DNA from: an uncultured virus (IMG/VR IMGVR_UViG_3300021599_002910)
Taxonomy: Duplodnaviria; Heunggongvirae; Uroviricota; Caudoviricetes
DNA: 64,000 nucleotides
Virus record (IMG/VR): IMGVR_UViG_3300021599_002910
Location: 62,001 to 126,000 of that record
Strand: one strand, 5' to 3'
Part shown: positions 1-9,689 of the stretch, one piece after another
Layout: each line of letters begins with the position of its first letter
Position numbering within the stretch: the stretch's first letter is position 1
Position numbers and translations under genes: made by a program
Notes under the pieces: generated by a model
Told to the model about the DNA's origin: nothing
What the model saw: the letters and a program-made list of their open reading frames with translations, nothing else
The model's database searches: none

Positions 1-600
1 GGTTCAGGGATAAATTGGTATGATTTATCTCCAAACGCTTATACCGCAACACTAACAAATGGGGTTGGATATTCTGCGATAAATGGAGGAACTTTAACTT
101 TTGCGGGAACTCAATATGTTGATACAAATAACTTCCTCAACGCTGAAACTTTTAGCGTTTCTGTTTGGTATAAAACATCACAAGGTGGGATACAAATGAT
201 TATTTCCAAAGAAACTAATGGTGGATACCCATGGAATTACAGAATTTGGCTAAATGGTGGTCAAATTATAGGGGACATTAGGCAGAGTAGTGGAATAAGT
301 CAATCAATAAACTCACCACTTTCTTCATACAACAATGGTAATTGGTATAATGTAGTTTTTACTAGAAATAGTTCAACTATGAAATTGTATGTGAATGGTG
401 TGGAAATCAGTAGTGTTGCAAATACTTTAGTTGGTTCAATTACTAATAACCAAACTGCTTGGATTGGAAAATCTGCATATTTGGGTGGAAGTTATCAATT
501 CACAGGTAATGTGTCTGAGGTTATGATATACTACGATGTTTTGACAGCCTCAGAAGTAGTACAAAATTTTGACGCAACCAAAACAAGATTTGGTTTCTAA
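1..600 (+). CDS. LamG/concanavalin A-like jelly-roll domain protein, 5'-truncated by the window edge
   Basis: Frame 1 is open from base 1 (GSGINWYDLS...). It carries LamG-type motifs: WYNVVFTR, KLYVNG, WIG, F-x-G-x-V-x-EVMIY-x-x-VLTASEV. Confidence 0.7.
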   Translation, partial: GSGINWYDLSPNAYTATLTNGVGYSAINGGTLTFAGTQYVDTNNFLNAETFSVSVWYKTSQGGIQMIISKETNGGYPWNYRIWLNGGQIIGDIRQSSGISQSINSPLSSYNNGNWYNVVFTRNSSTMKLYVNGVEISSVANTLVGSITNNQTAWIGKSAYLGGSYQFTGNVSEVMIYYDVLTASEVVQNFDATKTRFGF

Positions 601-623
601 TTTTATTTACTATTTATTCATAT

Positions 624-1991
624 ATGAGAGATTTGATTAAAAAATTACTAAGGGAAGAAGTTGACAGGAAAGAACTCGAAACAAAAATCCGAAGATGGGT
701 TGGTGATACAGATGACCCCGAGGTAGGTAATAGATTGAAGAATATTCAAGCAAAGTTACAACTCAAAATACCAATTGAAGATGACGAGTATGTTTTTTTC
801 GAAGATTTTTTGAAAAATGAAATACAGAGGAGAAAAACTTCTACAAATACAATGTCTGGAAAAATGATGAGGACAAAGCAGAATTTTTTCAATCCACCAA
901 AAGACCAACAAAACAAAATTACAGAATTAGGAAGAAAGGCTTATTTAGATTTAATACAAACAAATCTCTCAGTTTTCTTTAACCAAGCTTTTAATCCCAA
1001 ATTTAATATGAGAATAGGAAAGCCAGGGAAAGGATGGTTCAAACAAAATCTAATTTTATTAAATCGTTTCGAAAAAGATGTTGAACCTTGGAAAAATAAT
1101 TTTGTAAAATGGGTAGAAGGCCCTGCTATGACCATCGGTGAGAAAATAACCGAACTAAAAAATAAGTTGGAAAATGAAAATTGGTTTGGACTCATCGAAG
1201 AGGATGATTGGAGTATTCTGAACCATGTAGATACAAACTACACATTTTGGGCGGACGAAATAACAAAAAGACAAGAAGGTGGAGACTTACCTATGGGTTC
1301 GGACATTAAAGTTATCGAATTATATTTCACCCCAAAAAGACTCGAATCTGCTCTACCTAAAAAATGGCAACCTATTTTGGATAGAATGATGAAAGAAAAA
1401 AATGTCGACATAAAGTCAATCAGTATGGCTCATGTGGATTTATTGGAAAAATTTCATGAAGAAAAAGAGAAAGATTTTCAGGATATGAAAAGAAAACTGA
1501 AATTTACTACAACACTTGGTGAGACGGCTGAAAAAAACTTTGTTGATTTAATCCAAAATGCTCCAACTAAAGTTACTGAAATAAAGAAATATTCTACATG
1601 GGGTAATGTAATTGATATGGTATTTGGTGTTGATATGACAGCAAAATTTATTGACGGATTCAGATTAGTTCAAGTTAAAAATGGAGAAGGTAAAGCCAAA
1701 AGTGCTTTTGTTAAGAGTCTGAAAATCCCTTATCTCTCTGTATTTCCAGGAAGACTTCCTGAGCCAGGTGTTAGAAGAAGAAAAAACCCTTATGAATTTT
1801 TATATTTTTCCGAACAAAATAACAAAGAATCCAAAAGTTTCAATCAGAATTATCTAAGAACAGACAAAGAAGTTGATTTACCTTTGTCGGATGAAGAAAA
1901 AAAAGCTAAGTATTCAGAAAAAGAAATAAGGGCTTTGGAAAAAGTTTTAGGAAAAACTTTACCCGACGATTATTTTGCTATGAACAAATAA
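624..1991 (+). CDS. hypothetical protein with possible C-terminal PD-(D/E)xK nuclease-like fold
   Basis: 455-aa ORF with TATTTAT at 611-617. The GETAE...GVDM...VQVK pattern resembles the restriction-endonuclease fold. Confidence 0.45.
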   Translation: MRDLIKKLLREEVDRKELETKIRRWVGDTDDPEVGNRLKNIQAKLQLKIPIEDDEYVFFEDFLKNEIQRRKTSTNTMSGKMMRTKQNFFNPPKDQQNKITELGRKAYLDLIQTNLSVFFNQAFNPKFNMRIGKPGKGWFKQNLILLNRFEKDVEPWKNNFVKWVEGPAMTIGEKITELKNKLENENWFGLIEEDDWSILNHVDTNYTFWADEITKRQEGGDLPMGSDIKVIELYFTPKRLESALPKKWQPILDRMMKEKNVDIKSISMAHVDLLEKFHEEKEKDFQDMKRKLKFTTTLGETAEKNFVDLIQNAPTKVTEIKKYSTWGNVIDMVFGVDMTAKFIDGFRLVQVKNGEGKAKSAFVKSLKIPYLSVFPGRLPEPGVRRRKNPYEFLYFSEQNNKESKSFNQNYLRTDKEVDLPLSDEEKKAKYSEKEIRALEKVLGKTLPDDYFAMNK

Positions 1992-2006
1992 TCTTTATTT
2001 TTGTGT

Positions 2007-2228
2007 ATGCCTTTTGAAAAAAAACCAGAACCGAAACCCACGAAATACGAATATGTGTTTGAAGATGAGGATTGCATTTCAATTTGGAGATATAATTCTA
2101 AAATTACTACTAACGGTCCTGTAGAAGTTGAGTATAAATATAAAAGAGGTTATGTTCACCCTGGAACTAAGAAAAAAACATTGGGTGAATTGGCAAAAGA
2201 ATCTAAGAAGAAGAAAGTTTCTGATTAA
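2007..2228 (+). CDS. hypothetical protein
   Basis: Small basic ORF; ATG at 2007. Confidence 0.5.
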   Translation: MPFEKKPEPKPTKYEYVFEDEDCISIWRYNSKITTNGPVEVEYKYKRGYVHPGTKKKTLGELAKESKKKKVSD

Positions 2229-2823
2229 TTAGATTTCTTAATTCTATCAAAGTCTCTTTATCCAAATTATTCAATATTTCTTTCGTATTTTCGACAACCA
2301 ATTTGGATAAAATTGGTTTTTTGGATTCGCTAAGTGTTCTAACATCCGTTATATCAAAATTATCGGGTTCGAAATTATCTGTTTCGTATTCTTCGTAATT
2401 TCCATCATAATAATCGAATGTCCCTTCATTATATGAGTGTCTGATATTTGCACTTACCCATTTTCTATCATAACTTTGCCAAGTTGTAGAATATTTTTCA
2501 GTCAAAGTTGCTGGACCCCAAATTTCATAGTAAATTTTGTATTTCTGAAGTTCAGGTAAAGTTAAATTTGCGATTGCTTCTTTTATAGATATAGAACCCT
2601 CTTTCAGTTGTTGAAAAATAGGTTCATTTATATTGATTAATGCCGCCATAAATTCCATGTCCTCAATCTCAGAATTTACCCCCGTCCAAGAAGATTTCTC
2701 TTTCAATATTTTGTAATTTTCATCAGCATCATCCCAAGGTCTTGAAAAGTCAAAATCCGTTGAGTAAAGCGATTCCGCAATAGTTACAAGAATTTTTAAT
2801 GGTTGAAGGGTAAAATAACTCAT
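2203..2823 (-). CDS. hypothetical protein
   Basis: 206-aa ORF with a TATTTAT motif just upstream on the minus strand. Confidence 0.7.
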   Translation of the reverse strand: MSYFTLQPLKILVTIAESLYSTDFDFSRPWDDADENYKILKEKSSWTGVNSEIEDMEFMAALININEPIFQQLKEGSISIKEAIANLTLPELQKYKIYYEIWGPATLTEKYSTTWQSYDRKWVSANIRHSYNEGTFDYYDGNYEEYETDNFEPDNFDITDVRTLSESKKPILSKLVVENTKEILNNLDKETLIELRNLINQKLSSS

Positions 2824-2835
2824 ACATATAAATAC

Positions 2836-2865
2836 AAAAAAAGGTGAGAATTATCTCACCTCTTT
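2836..2865. terminator. intrinsic terminator, probably bidirectional
   Basis: AGGTGAGA/TCTCACCT hairpin flanked by an A-run and T residues. Confidence 0.6.
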
Positions 2866-3184
2866 AATCATTAAGTTTACGTTCAAAACTTTTGAGAATT
2901 TGAATTATATTATCTCGACCCACGGGATTTGCGGAGTGGACATTATAATTTGGGATTGGTAATCCATTTCCCCAACAATATTCACAAAACCACTTAGCGC
3001 AATCGTATCCTGTTTTTGTATTTTCCCCTAAATCGTGGTCAAATGAAATTTCATCAGGTAATCCATTTTCATTAATATATTTGACAAATTCATCATAATT
3101 TCTGACAATTGTCCACCCTTCAGTTTTTGGGTTTCTTACGTCGTCTAAGTATAACTTTTTCAATTGGGTTATTTTCTTTTTCAT
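2864..3184 (-). CDS. cyclic-phosphate-processing receiver-domain protein
   Basis: LYLDDVRNP...ISFDHDLG...TGYD...HSANPVG motifs. Start moved to MKKKITQ. Confidence 0.75.
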   Translation of the reverse strand: MKKKITQLKKLYLDDVRNPKTEGWTIVRNYDEFVKYINENGLPDEISFDHDLGENTKTGYDCAKWFCEYCWGNGLPIPNYNVHSANPVGRDNIIQILKSFERKLND

Positions 3185-3371
3185 ATGATTTCTGACCAAC
3201 AATTTGGTATGCCTCAATCAAGGTCCAACTTGCATTGTCAATCAACTTTTTTACTTTTTTTATTTTTTTTGTTAAGGGATGATTTACTAAATGCTCCTCA
3301 ATCATCGAAGATTGAACGTGAAGTCTATCCATCAATTCCAAATAATGACCATTGTTGATTTTATTTTTCAT
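3120..3371 (-). CDS. hypothetical protein
   Basis: 83-aa ORF coupled to its neighbours. Confidence 0.55.
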   Translation of the reverse strand: MKNKINNGHYLELMDRLHVQSSMIEEHLVNHPLTKKIKKVKKLIDNASWTLIEAYQIVGQKSYEKENNPIEKVILRRRKKPKN

Positions 3372-3843
3372 CTTCAGTGATTTTAGTAATTATTGAATCA
3401 GAGTTTTCTATAACCATTGTGTGAATACTTCCGGTTCCAAAGTTTAGTTCAGAGTCTGTAATTTCGGAATCCCAATATAAGTCCATAGGACTAAATTCTG
3501 ACTCTTCCTCTTCAGTCAATGGTTCTTCCCACTCAATATTTGTTACGTCAACGTCGCCGTCCGTAGATGTCTCTATTGACAAATCAGGAAAGTCCACATC
3601 TTGCATTTCGATTAGGTCTTTTGATTCCAAAAGTTCTAAAAGTTCAGAAACAACAAATTGTTCACAAACAAGGCTGGCACCTCTCCAAGTGGTTTCAGTA
3701 TCACAGGTAAATGTTTTATCAAATTTGGAACCTGTGTGGTAACAAATTTCGAGTAATGACTTTCTATAAAGGTCAATTGTAACTTTTACGTAATCATCGG
3801 AATTTAGTTTTTTTAATTCCTCGATTGCATTTTGATTTTTCAT
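3361..3843 (-). CDS. hypothetical acidic protein
   Basis: 160-aa ORF whose start overlaps the upstream gene's stop. Confidence 0.7.
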   Translation of the reverse strand: MKNQNAIEELKKLNSDDYVKVTIDLYRKSLLEICYHTGSKFDKTFTCDTETTWRGASLVCEQFVVSELLELLESKDLIEMQDVDFPDLSIETSTDGDVDVTNIEWEEPLTEEEESEFSPMDLYWDSEITDSELNFGTGSIHTMVIENSDSIITKITEDEK

Positions 3844-4514
3844 GGATAATCTATTTGTTTTGTTTCAATATCAAAATCTACAACAATTGGTTTGTTTTCA
3901 TATTCGTATCTTTCATTGAGAACAGATGCGTTCAAGAACTCAACACCATTGAAATTTTTTTGTCCGTATGCACAGTGGATGTGTCCACAAACATGAATTT
4001 TTGGTTGAACTTCCATAATCCTTTTGAATAAATCCTCACAACCAACTCTTTGACCTGATGGAGTCCAATCGAGCATTCCATGAGCAGGTCCGTGAGTGAT
4101 TAAGATATCGGTATTACCAGGGATTTTAGCCCATTTTTCCGCAAGTTTTTCCCCTCTAGGCAAATTGAAAGCCCAATCGTAAAACTCGGGTTGCCAAGGG
4201 CTACCATAGAATTTTACACCATCGATTACAACTTCACTATCAAAAAGATATATGACACCTCTATCTTTGAATTCTTCAGCAATGTCAGTGTGAGTTTCAA
4301 AACCGAAATCGTGATTACCAGCAATGAAGATTTTATGTTTAAAATCAGTCATACTGAACCAATTCAGGAAATTTGTAATCTCATGACTCTTTCCCATGCT
4401 AGTGCAGTCACCAGCATGAACAAGAACGTCTCCACCACCAAGAATGTTATTGTAGGCATTACTTGTCAAGTGATTATGTTTGTTGTGTGTGTCGCTGATG
4501 AATGTTATTTTCAT
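3840..4514 (-). CDS. calcineurin-like metallophosphoesterase (MPPED/239FB-like)
   Basis: DTH, HAGD, GNHD, THGP and GHIH metal-binding motifs. Confidence 0.9.
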   Translation of the reverse strand: MKITFISDTHNKHNHLTSNAYNNILGGGDVLVHAGDCTSMGKSHEITNFLNWFSMTDFKHKIFIAGNHDFGFETHTDIAEEFKDRGVIYLFDSEVVIDGVKFYGSPWQPEFYDWAFNLPRGEKLAEKWAKIPGNTDILITHGPAHGMLDWTPSGQRVGCEDLFKRIMEVQPKIHVCGHIHCAYGQKNFNGVEFLNASVLNERYEYENKPIVVDFDIETKQIDYP

Positions 4515-4523
4515 AAAATATGT

Positions 4524-4724
4524 TTAGTGAAACCCACCTTCAGTATGAACTTGATTGTCATCCCATTCGTTAGTTTCAGTTTCTTTTTTCATTTCGTTCT
4601 CACCCCAATTTAGAAAATCTTCGCCTTTATAATCAGGAAAATTTTCTTTCATATTGTGAATTAGATGAGCCCAATAAACCGATATTGGAACCACGAAGAT
4701 AAGTGTTATTAGTATTGCTGCCAT
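4524..4724 (-). CDS. small membrane protein
   Basis: N-terminal hydrophobic helix. Confidence 0.55.
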   Translation of the reverse strand: MAAILITLIFVVPISVYWAHLIHNMKENFPDYKGEDFLNWGENEMKKETETNEWDDNQVHTEGGFH

Positions 4725-4752
4725 ATTATTTAACTATTTGTTTATAAATTTT

Positions 4753-5355
4753 CTAATCCCACCAATTTTTTATACCTGAACCATCAAACCATTTTTCCCA
4801 ATGAGAGTGATTTGATTTTTCATCATCCGATAAATTTTTATAAATTTCAATAAATTCATCTTTATTTTGTCCCTTAAGAATTTGCCAAAGTTCTTCGAAT
4901 TCCTGTTTTTCGAGTTCAGTTGACCTATCGTATATTCGTCGATTGTGTTCTTCTTCCTCAGGTGTATCTTCACGGTCATCAATCCATCCCCAAACATTTT
5001 TAAGTTCACCCAATTCATTCTCAGCCAATGTAATGTAATTACTCTCATCTAAATTTTTAATAATTTCTATTACTCTTTTCATTTTGGAAACCTTTTTCAT
5101 TCTAGTGATTTCTACCTCGTTTCCATGAAATTCAAGGGTATGGGCACTTTTTTCCAAAGAACGAGCAAAGATGCTTAGATTGAATGTGTAATCCCAAGAC
5201 CTAAAATACCACAGTTCTTTTCTAAAATACCATAGATTTTCAAAAAACATTGGTATTTTATATCTAAAAACTTCGTAGGTTTTATACCACCAAGTTTGGT
5301 GCATGGAAAGCCTTTTCAAGGATTTCCAAAAACTATCTGAGAATGTAATTTTCAT
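4753..5355 (-). CDS. hypothetical protein
   Basis: 200-aa Trp-rich ORF ending in WWD. Confidence 0.7.
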   Translation of the reverse strand: MKITFSDSFWKSLKRLSMHQTWWYKTYEVFRYKIPMFFENLWYFRKELWYFRSWDYTFNLSIFARSLEKSAHTLEFHGNEVEITRMKKVSKMKRVIEIIKNLDESNYITLAENELGELKNVWGWIDDREDTPEEEEHNRRIYDRSTELEKQEFEELWQILKGQNKDEFIEIYKNLSDDEKSNHSHWEKWFDGSGIKNWWD

Positions 5356-5591
5356 TTTGAATTTTTTATAATTTCAATAATTTGTCTAGTCAATGTTCCT
5401 GCAGTTTTTGTCCCATCGTTTGACCAAGAAATTATGAGTTGTTCTATCTTTCTATAAATTTCTTCTGGGTCATCAAAAATTTCACCACACTCATTACACA
5501 TAACGTCAATTATCGGTCTGTTCTGTTTGGACCAATCGTAGTTGAAATGAAAATTTTCTTTGTTTCCACAATTTGGACAATTATAACTCAT
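5352..5591 (-). CDS. zinc-ribbon protein
   Basis: CPNC...CNEC; TACATTTG upstream on the minus strand. Confidence 0.65.
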   Translation of the reverse strand: MSYNCPNCGNKENFHFNYDWSKQNRPIIDVMCNECGEIFDDPEEIYRKIEQLIISWSNDGTKTAGTLTRQIIEIIKNSK

Positions 5592-5606
5592 AGATTACAA
5601 ATGTAA

Positions 5607-5688
5607 TAAAAAAATAAGACCCGACAAATAAATTTGACGGGTCTTTTGAGAAAGGGATATATGAGAACACTCCTTAAGAGTGATGTAA
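5607..5688 (-). ncRNA. candidate small RNA (promoter motif, hairpin, C/U-rich linker, terminator)
   Basis: Minus strand: TATTTAT (5697-5691), CACTC/GAGTG hairpin, TTCTCATATATCCCTTTCTC, then AAGACCCG/CGGGTCTT hairpin and a T-run. No ORF. Confidence 0.4.
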
Positions 5689-5724
5689 GAATAAATATAT
5701 CCAAGAATTGAAAAAAAATCAATT

Positions 5725-5979
5725 TTACATAGTCTGTGAAGACAAAAACTGAGTTTCTTTAGTTTTATATACAGCCCAAAACTTACTTTTCAAGGTAGAT
5801 TTCAGAGGGTTGTAATTGTGAGTAGCATCATGTTTCAAATCCCACAATAAAAAACATTTGAGAACAACTTCTAATTGTTGTTTAGTCTGAACTGACTCAA
5901 TCATTTTGATAACCCAAGAAATCTCTTTGTTTGCTTTGTTGATATCCACGATGAGTGTCATTTTTTTTTTAGATTTCAT
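5725..5979 (-). CDS. hypothetical protein
   Basis: ORF track; start uncertain. Confidence 0.5.
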   Translation of the reverse strand: MKSKKKMTLIVDINKANKEISWVIKMIESVQTKQQLEVVLKCFLLWDLKHDATHNYNPLKSTLKSKFWAVYKTKETQFLSSQTM

Positions 5980-6014
5980 CAAAATTACAAACAAAAACTG
6001 TCTTTACAAAAAAA

Positions 6015-6854
6015 CTAAGACAGAAGTTTGTAATATTCTTTGAAGTGTTTTAATCTATCGGGTAGTCCGATAGTTCCTCCATTGACACACTTTGTGACAG
6101 AGGTTACCGTTGCATCAGAAGCGTCAACACATTTTTTCAAGCAATTTTTACTGAAGAACCAAGCTGCAGACAATAATGGATATTTCGTCGATACCAAATC
6201 AGGGTTAGATACAACATCTTCATTTATTGCTTTTCCAAAAGCAGTGTAGTTGTCTTTACCTGTCAACTGAATATATCCTCTACCTCTAAATTTAAAACCT
6301 TCTCCTGTTGACTCAGGTCCATTTCCCATTCTTCCCCCATAAACTCTACTTGCAATCTTCTGAGGATTTCTTTGATATGACTCAGCCAATCCTGATTCCT
6401 TAAAATATTTTCCGAAAATACCTTTCAAACCACTCGCGGAATAGTTCAAATTTTCGTTTACAACTTTGAAACCCGCACTCTCATGACCACATTGTGCCAA
6501 GAAGTGAGCAAGTTTCAAGGGAGTGTCGATTCCGAATTTAGATGCTGTATCAGGTATTTGTGCAATTACATTGTCAGGTATATGACCTTTCAATTTTTCT
6601 AATTTTAATCCTCCGACTTGAGGGGCAACTTGAGAAGCAACTTGAGGGGCAACTTGAGGGGTGGTAATACCTTGTCCCATAATCTTTTGCCAAGTATTCG
6701 GACCAACAATCCCATCAGGGTTCAAACCATTTTTTAATTGAAAAGCTTTAACCGCTTCTTCGGTTCCCCTTCCGAATATACCATCGGCGCCCAACCCTAA
6801 TTTCTGTTGGAGTTGTTTTACGTCCTCTCCTTTAGACCCAACTTTTAGTATCAT
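6015..6854 (-). CDS. endolysin: peptidoglycan-binding domain plus glycoside hydrolase family 19
   Basis: N-terminal LKVGSKGEDVKQLQ...DGIFGRGT...DGIVGPNTW; PQVA repeat linker; HFLAQCGHES, FRGRGYIQLTG, VNGG. Confidence 0.9.
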   Translation of the reverse strand: MILKVGSKGEDVKQLQQKLGLGADGIFGRGTEEAVKAFQLKNGLNPDGIVGPNTWQKIMGQGITTPQVAPQVASQVAPQVGGLKLEKLKGHIPDNVIAQIPDTASKFGIDTPLKLAHFLAQCGHESAGFKVVNENLNYSASGLKGIFGKYFKESGLAESYQRNPQKIASRVYGGRMGNGPESTGEGFKFRGRGYIQLTGKDNYTAFGKAINEDVVSNPDLVSTKYPLLSAAWFFSKNCLKKCVDASDATVTSVTKCVNGGTIGLPDRLKHFKEYYKLLS

Positions 6855-6882
6855 AGTAATTTACTTTACAATAAATATTATT

Positions 6883-8316
6883 TTATTGTGAAGAATGAGA
6901 AAGATTGACATCACCCAAAATACAATATTTTATGTTTTGAGTTACATTCGAAGTTGTAACTGTGACTGAAAAAAAAGTAACGGGGCTCACAGAACCAAAA
7001 TTGTTCTTGGTGATTGAGTCATATGATGAAGGTTGAAACCACAATACCTTCGTTATCGGTCTAAAATTAGTTATGTGTGCGGCAACTAGATAAGCGTCGG
7101 CTAAATTAACTAAACCATCTTCGTTGACATCTGCAGCTTTCCATTGTTTAGTCCCTGTCATAATCAAACCTGACTGTGTGATTGGAGGTGTATTAACATT
7201 TTTGATTTCATCAAAAACTAAATTGAAATCTACATTAGATATACCTTGAGTCGTTAATGAAGGGACTAATTTATAGGTCGAATTTTGAGACGGCAGAGTA
7301 AATGAGTATGTTCCATTGGAATTAACTGTTTTCGTCTCTACAAACACGTCAGAATTGCTCACAACCCTATATAGTGATAACGTTGGTAGTGGGGATAAAG
7401 ATGGAATTGAGACAGTTCCTGAAAGAGTGTTAGTTATTGCGACATTATTAGTTGTGTTTGCAACATAAAAATCGGTGAAAGTCGCATCTTGAGGATTGGA
7501 CCATGTTCCAAATTCTACGATATAGGGGTTCGACCAACTTCCAGGTAAGTCGTTCCAACAACCTCCACTACCCCATTTAGTTACCGCATAATCCTCCCCA
7601 CCCGCATCATTAGGTTCACCACCACACCAATTTTGGTAAGTCCCTGATTGTGGATTCCCGTTGTAATTTCCAATATTGATAAGTGTTCCATTCTCAGGAC
7701 CAGCATCTACTCTCCAATAACCCTCTTGTAATCTATCGCTGAGTGCAAACCAAATGTTACTCTGAGGGACGTTAGCAAAAATGAAGTTCTCCTCTGTAGA
7801 AGAGGTAATTGTGACGAGATACCCTGTTTGACCTTTAAATGTTTGTTGATTTGATAAGACCTTCGAATTGTCATATGTGGCGGGTGAAGAAATTGGTCTG
7901 TAAAAGTGTCCGTTGGTTGGGTTATAATAATAACCTACAGGATTTATTGTTGTTGAAACCGATATTTGAACATTACCAGTCGATGAACCCGTATTAATTT
8001 TAAGTGATGCAAGTGCATTATTGATACTTGTCATGGTTCCCGTGAAACTTATCCTTGTCAAATTATTCCATGAGTTATATCCCGTGGTAAATGAGAGACC
8101 TAATGTTGTGGTTATTGAAAATGTAACCCCCGCAGGTGGATTTACCAAACCGATAGAAGTTAGAAGCGTTTCAGAACCAAATCCGTTAATAACAAATCCA
8201 CTAGCGTCCTGACTCGAAGTATTAACTTGATATGTTCTCGATACAGGGGCCGTTATTGATTGAGAAAATCCAACCAAACATGATAGTAGAAGAAATAATA
8301 GAATTAATTTTCTCAT
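6883..8316 (-). CDS. secreted protein with C-type lectin-like and dockerin-like domains
   Basis: Signal peptide; GHFY...YLVTITS..EE...W..GEPN...ED...WND (C-type lectin); ADVNEDGLVNLADA and LGDVN (dockerin-like). Confidence 0.7.
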   Translation of the reverse strand: MRKLILLFLLLSCLVGFSQSITAPVSRTYQVNTSSQDASGFVINGFGSETLLTSIGLVNPPAGVTFSITTTLGLSFTTGYNSWNNLTRISFTGTMTSINNALASLKINTGSSTGNVQISVSTTINPVGYYYNPTNGHFYRPISSPATYDNSKVLSNQQTFKGQTGYLVTITSSTEENFIFANVPQSNIWFALSDRLQEGYWRVDAGPENGTLINIGNYNGNPQSGTYQNWCGGEPNDAGGEDYAVTKWGSGGCWNDLPGSWSNPYIVEFGTWSNPQDATFTDFYVANTTNNVAITNTLSGTVSIPSLSPLPTLSLYRVVSNSDVFVETKTVNSNGTYSFTLPSQNSTYKLVPSLTTQGISNVDFNLVFDEIKNVNTPPITQSGLIMTGTKQWKAADVNEDGLVNLADAYLVAAHITNFRPITKVLWFQPSSYDSITKNNFGSVSPVTFFSVTVTTSNVTQNIKYCILGDVNLSHSSQ

Positions 8317-9689
8317 AGATTTATTTTACTTCCGATTAAAAAGAACGACAAGATTGGAAATTCAGGGTTTGTGCTAAGGTTTGCTTTATAATTAACGTTT
8401 ATTTTAAATCTTCTTGTAAGTTGATAATCAAAACCCGAACCCAAAAATCCACTAAACGTTCTATCACTTACAGTGACTTTATCGACCGATGAATAAACAA
8501 GGGGTGTTGATATTATGTATAATTCGGGTGAAATAATTAATCTTTTTCCCGATTTGAAAGGTCTTGTATAAAAGGCGGTAATGGATGGACTTATGAAAAG
8601 ATTATTATCGTCGGTGACTTTTGTTATCATACCACTCACGTTCATACCCGTTACTCCATATTTTCCAGCATTCAAAATTGCACTATAACCAACAAATCCC
8701 ATGTAATTACCATAGGTATACAAGCCAGTCAGATTGATGTTGTGAATCCATTTCAGTTTTCCATTATTACTGAAATGAATTTTGGTGTATCTCCCATTCA
8801 AAGCGAATTGTTTAAAATTAAACCAAACCATGGAAGTTATCCCCCAACTCGATGCTCCAGTCATCGAGGACTGTGACATTCCAACATTAATGATACCCGT
8901 AAATGATTTATCTAAATTTTGTGCACTTGTTAAATCGGAGGATACTACAACAGGATTATTCCTTGTTGCCTTCGAACCCCCATTACTACCACCCTTTTCG
9001 TTCTTTGAGTCAACGTTCATCTGAGTAGTAACAGCTACTTCTTCATTTTGATTTTTTGAATTAGTTGAAGAATTTTCACCTTGATTATTTTGATTCCCTC
9101 CTTGAGAAGTTGAAGATGTGCTATTCCCACCGCCACCATTAGAACTATTGCTGTTTTTATCCCCCGAACTATTGTTCGAACTGCTACCGCCAAGTCCGCC
9201 AGTAGACCCAACATTCCCAGAATTACCACTATTAGAAGAGGGAGAGATATTAGAATTATTACTATTTTCATTGTTCTTTTTTGTTTTTTTACTATCTGAT
9301 GATTTTGAATTGTCCGTTACTAAGTTTCCTGATGTTTCGGATGCCAAAGCCCCAACAACACTTGAGATTACGTTCCCGATAACTTGCGAAGTTATTTGAT
9401 TTCTTATTACATTCGTAGATTGAACCGAACATGGGGAAACTTTTCTGTATTCCCCATAAACTTGGTTGGTCCAATTGGTAAATTCACCGCTGGCAACATC
9501 TGCTGCGGTGAATGTTCTTGATTGACCATAAAAATATATCACAGTCCCTCCTTGGAGAGGTATTGTAAAATTAGTGACAGCTTTGGTACACGGGTCAGTA
9601 AATGATGTGGTCATAACTTGACCCTCAACTTTCGAGCTGAGAAATAAGATAAAGAATATACTTAAAAAAGTTCTTAATCTTTTGCACAT
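8313..9689 (-). CDS. secreted protein, probable C-terminal outer-membrane beta-barrel
   Basis: Signal peptide, Ser/Gly/Asn-rich linker, amphipathic beta-strands to the C-terminus. Confidence 0.55.
   Translation of the reverse strand: MCKRLRTFLSIFFILFLSSKVEGQVMTTSFTDPCTKAVTNFTIPLQGGTVIYFYGQSRTFTAADVASGEFTNWTNQVYGEYRKVSPCSVQSTNVIRNQITSQVIGNVISSVVGALASETSGNLVTDNSKSSDSKKTKKNNENSNNSNISPSSNSGNSGNVGSTGGLGGSSSNNSSGDKNSNSSNGGGGNSTSSTSQGGNQNNQGENSSTNSKNQNEEVAVTTQMNVDSKNEKGGSNGGSKATRNNPVVVSSDLTSAQNLDKSFTGIINVGMSQSSMTGASSWGITSMVWFNFKQFALNGRYTKIHFSNNGKLKWIHNINLTGLYTYGNYMGFVGYSAILNAGKYGVTGMNVSGMITKVTDDNNLFISPSITAFYTRPFKSGKRLIISPELYIISTPLVYSSVDKVTVSDRTFSGFLGSGFDYQLTRRFKINVNYKANLSTNPEFPILSFFLIGSKINL

Noticed and set aside
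6615..6662. 12-bp tandem repeat
   Set aside because: It encodes the PQVA linker of the endolysin.
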